This document shows, one piece after another, positions 20,584 through 29,327 of a DNA stretch of 59,061 bases. The notes under the pieces were generated by a model. It saw only the letters and a list, made by a program, of their open reading frames with translations. It was not told the DNA's origin and made no database searches. The translations under genes were made by a program, and so were the position numbers. Numbering within the stretch: position 1 is the first letter of the stretch; each line of letters begins with the position of its first letter. Origin of the DNA: Candidatus Ruthturnera sp. GTDB lineage: Bacteria > Pseudomonadota > Gammaproteobacteria > PS1 > Pseudothioglobaceae. The stretch spans positions 1 through 59,061 of the forward strand of contig JAUVOQ010000001.1 in NCBI GenBank assembly GCA_030599095.1, read 5' to 3'.

Positions 20584-21781
20584 TTACAATTTACCAGACG
20601 ATAAGGGTCATTTTGAGCAATATGGCGGTGTTTTCATTGCAGAAACACTCATGACAGCTGTTACTGAACTCAAAGACGCTTACGCTAAATTTAAAGACGA
20701 TGAAGATTTTATTCGTGAGTTTGAACAGGATTTGAAGCATTATGTAGGTCGTGAAACGCCACTTTACCATGCGCAAAATTTAAGTAAGAAGTTGGGGGGC
20801 GCTCAGATTTATCTTAAACGTGAAGATTTAAATCATACGGGTGCACATAAAATTAACAACACCATTGGTCAAGCACTACTTGCTAAGCGCATGGGCAAAA
20901 CACGCATTATTGCTGAAACAGGCGCTGGTCAGCATGGCGTAGCAACGGCAACAGTTGCAGCACGCTTGGGGTTAGAATGTGTGGTTTATATGGGTGAGGT
21001 GGACGTGGCTCGCCAAGCACTCAATGTGTTTCGCATGAAGTTGTTAGGTGCCACGGTTATTCCAGTTACTTCAGGCTCAAAAACGCTCAAAGACTCACTT
21101 AATGAGGCGATGCGTGATTGGGTGACGAATATTGATGATACGTTTTATATTATTGGCACAGTCGCAGGTCCGCACCCTTACCCAATGATGGTGCGAGATT
21201 TTCAAAGCATTATTGGCAAAGAAGCAAAAGCACAATTTGCCGTACAAGTGGGTGGCTTGCCCGATGCTTTGGTGGCTTGTGTGGGTGGCGGTTCAAATGC
21301 GATTGGCTTGTTCCATGCGTTTATTGATGACGCCTCAGTTGAAATCTATGGTGTTGAGGCAGCAGGATATGGTCTAGAAAAAGGCCCAACTGCACATGCT
21401 GCTCCGCTTTGTGCAGGTAATGTAGGGGTTTTGCACGGTAATCGCACTTATTTAATGGAAGATGAGAATGGGCAAATTATTGAGGGACATTCAATTTCAG
21501 CAGGTCTGGATTATCCTGGTGTTGGCCCTGAACATGCGTATTTAAAAGACAGTGGTCGTGCGAAATACGTGGCAATTACTGATAAAGAGGCATTAGAAGC
21601 ATTTCATACACTCACCAAAGTTGAAGGCATTCTGCCAGCACTGGAATCTTCCCACGCTGTGGCTTATGGCATTAAGCTTGCAAAAGAATTAGATAAAGAT
21701 AAACATATTATTATTAACCTGTCAGGTCGTGGTGATAAGGATATTCACACCATTGCACAAATTGAAGACATTGAATTTTAA
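20576..21781 (+). CDS. trpB: Tryptophan synthase beta chain
   Basis: [47 protein letters not shown]. Confidence 0.98.
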   Translation: MSNYNLPDDKGHFEQYGGVFIAETLMTAVTELKDAYAKFKDDEDFIREFEQDLKHYVGRETPLYHAQNLSKKLGGAQIYLKREDLNHTGAHKINNTIGQALLAKRMGKTRIIAETGAGQHGVATATVAARLGLECVVYMGEVDVARQALNVFRMKLLGATVIPVTSGSKTLKDSLNEAMRDWVTNIDDTFYIIGTVAGPHPYPMMVRDFQSIIGKEAKAQFAVQVGGLPDALVACVGGGSNAIGLFHAFIDDASVEIYGVEAAGYGLEKGPTAHAAPLCAGNVGVLHGNRTYLMEDENGQIIEGHSISAGLDYPGVGPEHAYLKDSGRAKYVAITDKEALEAFHTLTKVEGILPALESSHAVAYGIKLAKELDKDKHIIINLSGRGDKDIHTIAQIEDIEF

Positions 21782-21793
21782 TTTGTTTGAAAA

Positions 21794-22291
21794 ATGAACA
21801 TAACCAAAAAGATGAAAAATATACCCTCTAAAAAGATTGTTTTGGTGGCATTAGTTTATATCTTTTTCTCAAATGCCATACCATTTGTCAAAGATATTAT
21901 AGAGGGTGATAGTCTCATGCACTTACTACACGAAGGTGTTATTGCTTTTTTGTGTATTATCGCAATCTATATTGTTTGGCGCGAAACTGCAATTAGCAAT
22001 CGTTATACGCAGGATTTGCAGCAAACAAATAAAACTTATTCCAAACAAATTAAAATTTTTAAGAATGAATTGTTTAAAGTGTTAGAGATTCAATTTGAAC
22101 AGTGGCATTTAAGTAAATCCGAACAAGAAGTGGCATTACTATTATTAAAAGGCTTAAGTCTTGAAGAAATCAGCCAAATAAGAGGCACTAAGGAAAAAAC
22201 GATACGTCAGCAAGCCTCAACTATTTATCAAAAATCTAACTTAAAAGGTCGGCACGAATTATCAGCCTATTTTCTTGAAGATTTATTTTAA
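21794..22291 (+). CDS. Membrane-anchored LuxR-type HTH regulator
   Basis: Two TM segments then QFEQWHLSKSEQEVALLLLKGLSLEEI...TIRQQASTIYQK. Confidence 0.85.
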   Translation: MNITKKMKNIPSKKIVLVALVYIFFSNAIPFVKDIIEGDSLMHLLHEGVIAFLCIIAIYIVWRETAISNRYTQDLQQTNKTYSKQIKIFKNELFKVLEIQFEQWHLSKSEQEVALLLLKGLSLEEISQIRGTKEKTIRQQASTIYQKSNLKGRHELSAYFLEDLF

Positions 22292-22319
22292 AGGAACAGC
22301 ATAAGTGTAAAGTTTGCCC

Positions 22320-22874
22320 CTAATGGTTATATCGTAAATTAGAATTAGGTATGCGTATCTCATCGTCATCATAATTACCTTTTGAAGCTTTTTTATGGCA
22401 TGCTTCACAGTTTGAGAGCGTCCCTACTTCTGGTTGGGCAATCAATCTTTGGGGTATGTCGCTATGTTTTCTACGTATGTAAGGTGTTTTTAATATGCTT
22501 AATGGTGCATCATTATATGATAGGGACTTCATGATTTTGCGTGAACGCTTAAATGGTGAATTATCAGCTGCATTAGTAATCATATAGTTAAGCAGTTGTT
22601 TTTTTATCTGTTGCTCATCGAACACGATATCTTCACCAAAATGATCTTGTAATGATGAGTTGCTCATCATTTTTTGCCAAGATCTGGCTGGTAATAACCC
22701 CGGCTGATAAGGGAAGTGACAGTCGCCACATTCTTCCAAATACAACGAATTCTTAACTGGAGCAACATCCAGTTCTTTGCCAAAAAAGTTACTAAAAATA
22801 TTATCTGCTTGACTATAAAGCGAATAAAAAAATATGACAAATAATGACGTAATTGTTAGGTATTTTTTAAACAT
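22320..22874 (-). CDS. Diheme cytochrome c (DHC)
   Basis: Signal peptide; CGDCH..YQPGLLPARSW, DHFG, CEACH. Confidence 0.9.
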   Translation of the reverse strand: MFKKYLTITSLFVIFFYSLYSQADNIFSNFFGKELDVAPVKNSLYLEECGDCHFPYQPGLLPARSWQKMMSNSSLQDHFGEDIVFDEQQIKKQLLNYMITNAADNSPFKRSRKIMKSLSYNDAPLSILKTPYIRRKHSDIPQRLIAQPEVGTLSNCEACHKKASKGNYDDDEIRIPNSNLRYNH

Positions 22875-22884
22875 AATTTTCTCC

Positions 22885-23286
22885 TTAGTTCTTCCTAATA
22901 AATTCTATAAAATTAACTTTTTCTACTGCTGTACACTCTCGTTTGTAGGTAAATTTGCAGTTTCTCTTTAGCCACTTGTTTATTTTTTTGGTATCGGTTA
23001 ATCTTTTTGGGTTGATTTTTGGTGACATGGGCTTAATTAATTTTTTAGTTCTTACATGCGCACCATTTTTTTTAAGATTGTTAGTATGGCAACTTGCACA
23101 ATTTTTATTGGGCATTAACTTTCTTGTCCAAAACAACTCCCCTTGGTCTGTATTTATTGTTGCAATGTCAACTCCCCATGAGCGATACAATTGGTTGAAA
23201 TCTATTGTTTCAGAATGGACATTAAAGGCGTATAAAGACAGTATGACTATGTATTTATATAGGTTCATTATTAACCTCCTTTTCAT
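22885..23286 (-). CDS. SHP-like (DUF1924) monoheme cytochrome c
   Basis: CASCH, KLIKPMSP.INPKRLTD.KKINKWLKRNC....KREC; true start may be the second Met. Confidence 0.85.
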   Translation of the reverse strand: MKRRLIMNLYKYIVILSLYAFNVHSETIDFNQLYRSWGVDIATINTDQGELFWTRKLMPNKNCASCHTNNLKKNGAHVRTKKLIKPMSPKINPKRLTDTKKINKWLKRNCKFTYKRECTAVEKVNFIEFIRKN

Positions 23287-23860
23287 TATTAAAAAATGTA
23301 ATTTTTCCAGTAATCATCATCATTGGAAAGTTTGTTTTGTAAATATAACTTGAGTAAATAACACCAGAAACATGGAAGCCAATTGCAATTAATAAAATAT
23401 ATGATAAGAAAAGGTGTATGTCTTTGATGATAAGGGCTTGCGAGTCATTAACATAAGTTGCAAGTAGTAAAAAGATGCCTTCTAACTCAAACAAAGACTG
23501 TATTAATAAACCACTTATTATTATTGCTACAAGCATAATTATCATTATTAAAATCATTGTGCTGCCAGCAGGGTTGTGGGTTTTAAATTTTGCTGGTGTT
23601 AGGCTGGATAATTTGAGCAAGTAATTGAATGTTGTTTTTAAGTTATATAGATAATGATGCCACAAAGCATTTTCATCACCCATAAAGCCCCAAACGATTC
23701 TTGCTAATACAAAACTGGTTAATAAATAGCCTGAGATAATATGTGTTGTATCACCTCCATTGTTGTTGTTACCTGTTACAAAAAGAGTAATAAATAAAGC
23801 AACCAAACACCAATGAAAAATTCTAATCATAATATTGATATTGGTGTTATTGGCGTGCAT
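23255..23860 (-). CDS. Cytochrome b (Ni-hydrogenase cyt b-like)
   Basis: RIFHW, H..SGY, RIVWGF.G, HNPAG, H..GV, MITG. Confidence 0.88.
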   Translation of the reverse strand: MHANNTNINIMIRIFHWCLVALFITLFVTGNNNNGGDTTHIISGYLLTSFVLARIVWGFMGDENALWHHYLYNLKTTFNYLLKLSSLTPAKFKTHNPAGSTMILIMIIMLVAIIISGLLIQSLFELEGIFLLLATYVNDSQALIIKDIHLFLSYILLIAIGFHVSGVIYSSYIYKTNFPMMMITGKITFFNNEKEVNNEPI

Positions 23861-24008
23861 TATCTTTTATTGTTGTAAAACTTAAGTGAATGATAAGCAT
23901 ATTAAATATGGGTTTGTATTGGGCAAAGGTCTTGTTGTGGAGGTTTTTATACATACGTCTAATGTCTAATAAAAAGATAAGCTACTTTGAGAGTGCTGTT
24001 ATTTTAAA

Positions 24009-25196
24009 TCAGGATTTTATTTGGGGTTGTGTTGGTTTTTTCTTAAGCCACCACAACAATATTGATAGTTGAAGTAACAATAATGGGAGGGTTGACAGTA
24101 GCACAACTTCCCAGCCAAAATTAAACACAAACCAGCCTGCTGATAATGAGGCCATGGCTTGCATGCCAAAAATTAAAAAATCATTGATGGATTGCACTTT
24201 AAATTTTTCATCCTCTTGATAAGCACGTGGTAATAAACTGGTGCCACCGATAAATAGAAAGTTCCAGCCAAGTCCTAAGAGGATTAATGCCATCCAGTAA
24301 TGATTTAAACTGTGGTTGGTATAGCCAATTACAATACAGATTAAATATAGCATGATGCCGATTATCATCATTTTACTAAGCCCAAATAGTTTGACAATAA
24401 TTGGGGTAAATAAAGATGGCAAAAACATGGCAATAACGTGTGACTGAATAACAAATTTAGTTTGTGCTAATGAAAAACCATCAATAACATGCATACTCAT
24501 TGGTGTGGCAGTCATGATATAACTCATAATAATGTAACCTACTGCAGCACCAGACATGGCAACGATAAACACAGGTTGTTTGGTGATAATTTTTAAACTT
24601 CTGCCTGATTGCTTTTGCTTGATTTTAGGAGCGTGGTTTGGTTGATAAAACCACAACAGTAAAAACGCAAGTACAAAACAAATGCTGAGTAGTAAAAATG
24701 AGCCGACAAAGGCAGTATCAAACCAATCTTTTCCTAGAACTGCAAGCTCTGGCCCTAAAAAAGCAGAAACCAAACCGCCAATAAGCACGGCCGAGGTTGC
24801 TGTTGCGCTAAGATTTTTATCAACACTTTCAATTGCGGCAAATCTAAACTGATTCATGGTTGCTGTGGTGGCGCCAAACAAGAAAGTGGCTAGGCAGAAT
24901 AAATAAAACGATTTTATTTGTAAGGCAGTGATAGCAAGTGCAATGACAGCAATTGTGTAGACACAAACACCTAAGAAAGTACGCCTTCTGCCAATTTTAG
25001 ACATGATATAAACAACAGGAATGATGCTAGTAGCAGTGCCTGCTACAATCATTGCCACTGGCAAAGTTGATAAATTGGCATAGGGTGCTAAAGATTGACC
25101 AATAATACCACCCAGAAAAATAACAAAAACGCCTAGGGACATAAACAGCGACAAACTAATTGTCAACAACCAAACATTACGAGGCAGTGATCGCAT
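24009..25196 (-). CDS. MFS transporter
   Basis: About 12 TM; GRR loop, QFRFAA, MTATP, GLGWNF. Confidence 0.88.
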   Translation of the reverse strand: MRSLPRNVWLLTISLSLFMSLGVFVIFLGGIIGQSLAPYANLSTLPVAMIVAGTATSIIPVVYIMSKIGRRRTFLGVCVYTIAVIALAITALQIKSFYLFCLATFLFGATTATMNQFRFAAIESVDKNLSATATSAVLIGGLVSAFLGPELAVLGKDWFDTAFVGSFLLLSICFVLAFLLLWFYQPNHAPKIKQKQSGRSLKIITKQPVFIVAMSGAAVGYIIMSYIMTATPMSMHVIDGFSLAQTKFVIQSHVIAMFLPSLFTPIIVKLFGLSKMMIIGIMLYLICIVIGYTNHSLNHYWMALILLGLGWNFLFIGGTSLLPRAYQEDEKFKVQSINDFLIFGMQAMASLSAGWFVFNFGWEVVLLSTLPLLLLQLSILLWWLKKKPTQPQIKS

Positions 25197-26555
25197 TTAT
25201 TTTTTAGTCGGGCGTTGCCAATTTTTTAGGCTGGTTTGCTTGGTACGACTTAAACTTAATTGGTTGTCAGGTACTGCTTTGGTGATGGTGGAACCTGCAC
25301 CAATTGTGGCATTCTTACCGATTTTTATGGGGGCAACTAGTTGAGAATCAGAGCCAATGAATGCACCATCGCCAATGATGGTTTGATGTTTGTTAACGCC
25401 ATCATAATTACAAGTAATGACACCAGCACCAATGTTAACGTTCTCGCCGATAATGGCATCACCCACATAACTTAAATGAGAAACTTTGGTGTTTTCACTA
25501 ATGATGGACTTTTTAACTTCAACAAAATTACCAATTTTGGCATGGGTTTTGATGTGAGTTTGTGGGCGAATGCGTGCAAATGGACCGATAGATACGTTAT
25601 CGTCAATCATGGTATCTTCAATAATAGAATTTGGAAAAATAACTACATTATTGCCGATTTTAACGTTTTTTATAATACAGTTCGGTGCAATTGTCGTGTT
25701 ATTTCCAAGTGAAACTTGACCTTCTATAACCACATTGATATCAATTTCACAGTCTTTACCAAAATTCAAATTACCACGGCAATCAAAGCGTGATGGGTCT
25801 TTCAGCATTAAACCATCTTGCATAAATTTAGTGGCTTGATTTTTTTGGAAAATACGCTCTAATTCTGCCAGTTGCACTTTGTCATTCACACCTGCTACCT
25901 CAAATTGATTTTTGCTAATGATGGATGAAATAATTTGCTCATCAGCGACTGCACAAGCAATAATATCGGTTAAATAAAACTCCCCTTGGGCATTGTTTGC
26001 ATTAATTTCGCTTAAATATTGCTTTAATAACTGTGAGTGAACAACCATGATGCCTGTATTCACTTCATTAATATTTAGTTGGGCATTGTTTGCATCTTTT
26101 TGTTCAATAATGGTTTGTATTTGCTTGCCTTTGCGAATGATACGCCCGTAGCCAGTTGGATTATCTAAAACCACAGACAATAAAGCAACGCCACTTTGCT
26201 GTGCTTTGTGAATTAAATCAGCCAGTGTGGCTTTTTTAATCAGTGGTACATCGCCATATAATATCAGCGAGATTGAATTGTCCTCAATGTGTGGCATTGC
26301 TTGCATCACAGCGTGTCCAGTGCCTAATTGTTCGGTTTGCTCTATCCAGTTGATACTAGAGTCGTTAATTTTTCGTTGTACTTGTTCGCCTTTAAAGCCA
26401 TAAACCACATGAATTTTATCGCACAAAGGTTTGGCTTGAGACAAGACATGCCCCAATAAGGTGTTATTTGATAAGATTTGCAAGACTTTTGGCTTGGATG
26501 AGTTCATGCGTGAACCTTTGCCTGCAGCCAAAATAATAGCGTGAATATTGTTCAT
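25197..26555 (-). CDS. glmU: Bifunctional UDP-GlcNAc pyrophosphorylase/acetyltransferase
   Basis: ILAAGKGSRM, QLGTGHAV, GYGRI, hexapeptide repeats, NYDGVNKH. Confidence 0.97.
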   Translation of the reverse strand: MNNIHAIILAAGKGSRMNSSKPKVLQILSNNTLLGHVLSQAKPLCDKIHVVYGFKGEQVQRKINDSSINWIEQTEQLGTGHAVMQAMPHIEDNSISLILYGDVPLIKKATLADLIHKAQQSGVALLSVVLDNPTGYGRIIRKGKQIQTIIEQKDANNAQLNINEVNTGIMVVHSQLLKQYLSEINANNAQGEFYLTDIIACAVADEQIISSIISKNQFEVAGVNDKVQLAELERIFQKNQATKFMQDGLMLKDPSRFDCRGNLNFGKDCEIDINVVIEGQVSLGNNTTIAPNCIIKNVKIGNNVVIFPNSIIEDTMIDDNVSIGPFARIRPQTHIKTHAKIGNFVEVKKSIISENTKVSHLSYVGDAIIGENVNIGAGVITCNYDGVNKHQTIIGDGAFIGSDSQLVAPIKIGKNATIGAGSTITKAVPDNQLSLSRTKQTSLKNWQRPTKK

Positions 26556-26659
26556 AAAAATAGCCTAAAAGCCCTCTACAATAATAGGCAGTATTATTAT
26601 TTTCATTTTATTTCTCCAAACATTCTCTAAAAGAAAATAGCAAAGCGTGAGAGATGGAC

Positions 26660-26716
26660 ACCTAACGCTTGAATTCAGCGACCACGTCAGCGGTCGGTTG
26701 GAGTGATTTGTTAGGT
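26660..26716 (-). other. attC recombination site (57 bp)
   Basis: Minus strand ACCTAAC aaatc actccaaccgaccgctgacgtggtcgctgaat tcaagc GTTAGGT: complementary R''/R' boxes, imperfect palindrome, upstream stop inside R''. Confidence 0.85.
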
Positions 26717-26821
26717 GGCTTTAGTGTAATGATGTTTTTTATTATCTAAATAGATAACAATCGTTCCTATTACTGCAAACATAATAATGATTGCAGTAAA
26801 AACCAACATAAAATTACTCAT
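26711..26821 (-). CDS. 36-aa single-TM cassette peptide
   Basis: MSNFMLVFTAIIIMFAVIGTIVIYLDNKKHHYTKAT*; SD AAGGAGG; TAA lies in the attC R'' box. Confidence 0.7.
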   Translation of the reverse strand: MSNFMLVFTAIIIMFAVIGTIVIYLDNKKHHYTKAT

Positions 26822-26846
26822 TGTTAAACCTCCTTAATGATAAAAA

Positions 26847-26957
26847 CGATAACAGTTCAGGGCAAACTCCACCGTTCACACGGCGCAAAGCGCCGTGTGA
26901 ACGCCTTGCTCAGTGGCGGCGTGCCTTTGGCGCATCCACTGAAACTATTTGTTAGCA
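26847..26957 (-). other. Composite attC-like site
   Basis: TGCTAAC aaata gtttcagtgg...ccactgagc aaggc GTTCACA, then hairpin cgttcacacggcgc/gcgccgtgtgaacg, ending ctgaact GTTATCG. Confidence 0.75.
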
Positions 26958-26962
26958 ACTGC

Positions 26963-27625
26963 TTAATACCTATCAATAACTTTCTTTTTTGCGCTTTCAT
27001 ATTCTTTTTGAGTCAATACGCCTTCAGTTTTTAATTTATATAATTCTCTAAGTTGCTCCGCTTTATCTTTAGGTTTATTTTTATCTTTCTTATCTGTAAT
27101 CACTACACGAAAGCCATCACCCACAAGGGTATCTGCACCCCAAACATAGAAGTTCTCTTGAGGTACAATATATTGTGACTTTGTTATATTTGTTACTATC
27201 TGTTTTTTTGCTGTATTTTCCAAGTGAGAAATAATTGTATTAAACACCTCTTCATTCTTTAATTGACCTTGTAAAAATGATGAGCCACTGCCCGATACCT
27301 CTATCCAATAACCATATACCTTATTTCCTTTGAAATTAACTCCAGAAGAACGATGTACTAGAACTTTTTGTGTAAACCAGTCAATATGAAATGGTGGAGC
27401 AAGAAATTTAGTTATGTATCCACGTGTTGGGACAGTTATGACTGAGATTTTTTCTTGTGGAAATACTTCTTGGACAGAGCTGTAGACTAAATTAAATATT
27501 TGCGTTTCATCCATTTGGTATATTGCTGATTTCGAACTTCCTTCATCAAGTGAAATTCGATGAGCACTACACCCAAAGAGAAACACTGAAATTAGTGTGA
27601 TGCTCAAAAATAGTTTAATACTCAT
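26963..27625 (-). CDS. Cassette-borne lipoprotein with C-terminal SHOCT domain
   Basis: Start moved to MSIKL (SD AAGGA); lipobox LFGC; EQLRELYKLKTEGVLTQKEYESAKKKVI. Confidence 0.8.
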   Translation of the reverse strand: MSIKLFLSITLISVFLFGCSAHRISLDEGSSKSAIYQMDETQIFNLVYSSVQEVFPQEKISVITVPTRGYITKFLAPPFHIDWFTQKVLVHRSSGVNFKGNKVYGYWIEVSGSGSSFLQGQLKNEEVFNTIISHLENTAKKQIVTNITKSQYIVPQENFYVWGADTLVGDGFRVVITDKKDKNKPKDKAEQLRELYKLKTEGVLTQKEYESAKKKVIDRY

Positions 27626-27642
27626 GTTTAATTCCTTTTTAG

Positions 27643-27664
27643 TGCTAACGGTGGAGTTGACCTG
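27643..27664 (-). other. Right half of an attC-like site or attI-like core
   Basis: caggtcaactccacc GTTAGCA 17 nt before the cassette ATG; complementary to TGCTAAC after its stop. Confidence 0.65.
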
Positions 27665-27700
27665 CCATTCTATCAAGCATATTAGATGCTTGCATCTTCT

Positions 27701-27802
27701 TTTTAAATTCAGTTGCAATTGCAATACTAGCATAAAAAAAGATTAAACAAACTTCTTTTTTGTAAATTGCCATCTATTCTATCAAATCCACCTCTATCAA
27801 TT
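27701..27802 (-). promoter_or_regulatory. Conserved leader upstream of cassette locus 1 (extended -10 TGCTAGTAT)
   Basis: Aligns with 57423-57505; motif at 27724-27732. Confidence 0.55.
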
Positions 27803-27961
27803 TGAGACTGTTGCAATGTGTTTCTGAACTTATACAAAAACAAAAAATAATTGCAACAAGATTATATCGTGCTTAAGAAACAAGTAAAAACAGCATATGC
27901 ATAAGTTTCAAATGGTATATAATTTGACCTCTTTTATGATTTTAGCAATGCTTCAGATAAC

Positions 27962-28174
27962 ATGAAAACAGATATTCACCCTAATTACAATGACGTTAAA
28001 GTGGTTTGCTCTTGTGGCAATGCCTTTGAGATACGCTCAACCCTTGACAAAGAAGAATTACACTTAGATGTATGTTCTAGTTGTCATCCTTTTTATACAG
28101 GCAAGCAAAAGATTATGGACAGCGCTGGTCGTGTTGAGAAGTTTAAATCACGTTATGCTGGTTTTAAGAGATAG
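27962..28174 (+). CDS. rpmE: 50S ribosomal protein L31
   Basis: [26 protein letters not shown]. Confidence 0.97.
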   Translation: MKTDIHPNYNDVKVVCSCGNAFEIRSTLDKEELHLDVCSSCHPFYTGKQKIMDSAGRVEKFKSRYAGFKR

Positions 28175-28190
28175 GGATACAAAATTCAAT

Positions 28191-28215
28191 AAAAAGCCAC
28201 GAAAGTGGCTTTTTT
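28191..28215. terminator. Bidirectional intrinsic terminator
   Basis: aaaaagccac gaaa gtggcttttt between convergent rpmE and metR. Confidence 0.88.
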
Positions 28216-28303
28216 AAACCTCGTATAAACCAATACCATTGGAGATTACCCATTGAATAAAAATTGTCATTTTTCTAATCATCCCTATTGATGTAAAGAC
28301 CTC
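28216..28303. repeat. Highly degenerate MITE family A copy
   Basis: aataaaaattgtcatttttctaatcatccctattgatgtaaagacctc resembles the right half of 53014-53194. Confidence 0.5.
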
Positions 28304-29220
28304 TAAGAGTAATGTGTTTTGGTGTTGAGTGTGGAATCGGCCATTTTTTTGCTAATGTCGATAAAACGTTGAATGTAGAAAATTTCTTTGTCTTGTTGTC
28401 GCAAAATTGCAAACAATTTTTGGCTGAGTCCATTAGTGCTTATACGGATTTTTTTTAAGGGATATTTTTTAATAAATTCATCCGCCAGCCATTCTGGTAA
28501 TACGCAAACGCCACGTCCGAGTGCTGTCATTTGTAGCATCAGTTCAATGGATTCAATTTTTTTAATGTGTTTAGGCTTGACTTGAGCTGGGTTTAAAAAT
28601 TGTGTCAAAATATCAAGCCGTTCTAATGGCACGGGAAAAGTCAGTAAAGTTTCGTGAATGAGATCTTTTGGCGTGATTGTTATTTGATGCACTAGTGGGT
28701 GCTCACCCGCTAACAAGAGTACTAAATTATATTGAGCGAGCGTTTCAATATGAATGTCTGTTTTTCTCTCTATATCAGGGGTAATCAAGATATCAATATG
28801 GTGATTTAGCAAGCCCTCGTGTCCAGAAAATTGGAATTTATTAATAATATCCACTTCCACATCGGGCATTTTTTGTAAAAATATGCCAATGATTCTTGTT
28901 AGCCATTCATAGCAAGGATAGCATTCAACCCCGATTCGTAAGATGCCTTGACGGCCTTGTGCATAGGCTTTCAGTGTTTTCTCAGTTTGTTCTAAAATAG
29001 GTAATAATTGTTGTGCGGTTTGTAATAGCAAAACACCAGCCTTTGTAAGGCGTAAATTTCTACCTTCTCGCGCCCAAAGATCAATGCTTAGTTTTGCCTC
29101 TAAGTAGCGAATTTGGTGGGATAAGGCAGATTGACTTAAACATAACGCATTAGCAGCACGTGTTAAAGTGCCATTTTCGTGTAATGATTGAATGATTTTT
29201 AGGTGTTTGAGTGTTATCAT
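28303..29220 (-). CDS. metR: LysR regulator MetR
   Basis: LSQSALSHQI, IGVECYPCYEWL, LPEW; divergent from metE. Confidence 0.92.
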   Translation of the reverse strand: MITLKHLKIIQSLHENGTLTRAANALCLSQSALSHQIRYLEAKLSIDLWAREGRNLRLTKAGVLLLQTAQQLLPILEQTEKTLKAYAQGRQGILRIGVECYPCYEWLTRIIGIFLQKMPDVEVDIINKFQFSGHEGLLNHHIDILITPDIERKTDIHIETLAQYNLVLLLAGEHPLVHQITITPKDLIHETLLTFPVPLERLDILTQFLNPAQVKPKHIKKIESIELMLQMTALGRGVCVLPEWLADEFIKKYPLKKIRISTNGLSQKLFAILRQQDKEIFYIQRFIDISKKMADSTLNTKTHYS

Positions 29221-29234
29221 AACAAAGGTATCTA

Positions 29235-29247
29235 TGAATATAATTCA
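29235..29247. promoter_or_regulatory. MetR binding site
   Basis: TGAA-TATAA-TTCA matches TGAA-N5-TTCA in the metR-metE intergenic region. Confidence 0.8.
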
Positions 29248-29327
29248 TCATTAAGTTAAAAATAATCATTTTACTTCATATTATTAGCCTTATAAAATAA
29301 TTAACTTTAATCAATAGGGTCTTAATC

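Noticed and set aside
26837-27034. 65-aa plus-strand ORF
   Set aside because: It runs through the attC palindrome antisense to the cassette; likely spurious.
27626-27733. N-terminal extension of the SHOCT lipoprotein
   Set aside because: It crosses the core site and leader; the SD and signal peptide point to 27625.
27804-27860. Another MITE (gagactgttgcaat...attgcaaca)
   Set aside because: Only a short inverted match, single copy, no target duplication.
26556-27960. Complete integron
   Set aside because: No tyrosine recombinase ORF is present nearby or anywhere in the window.
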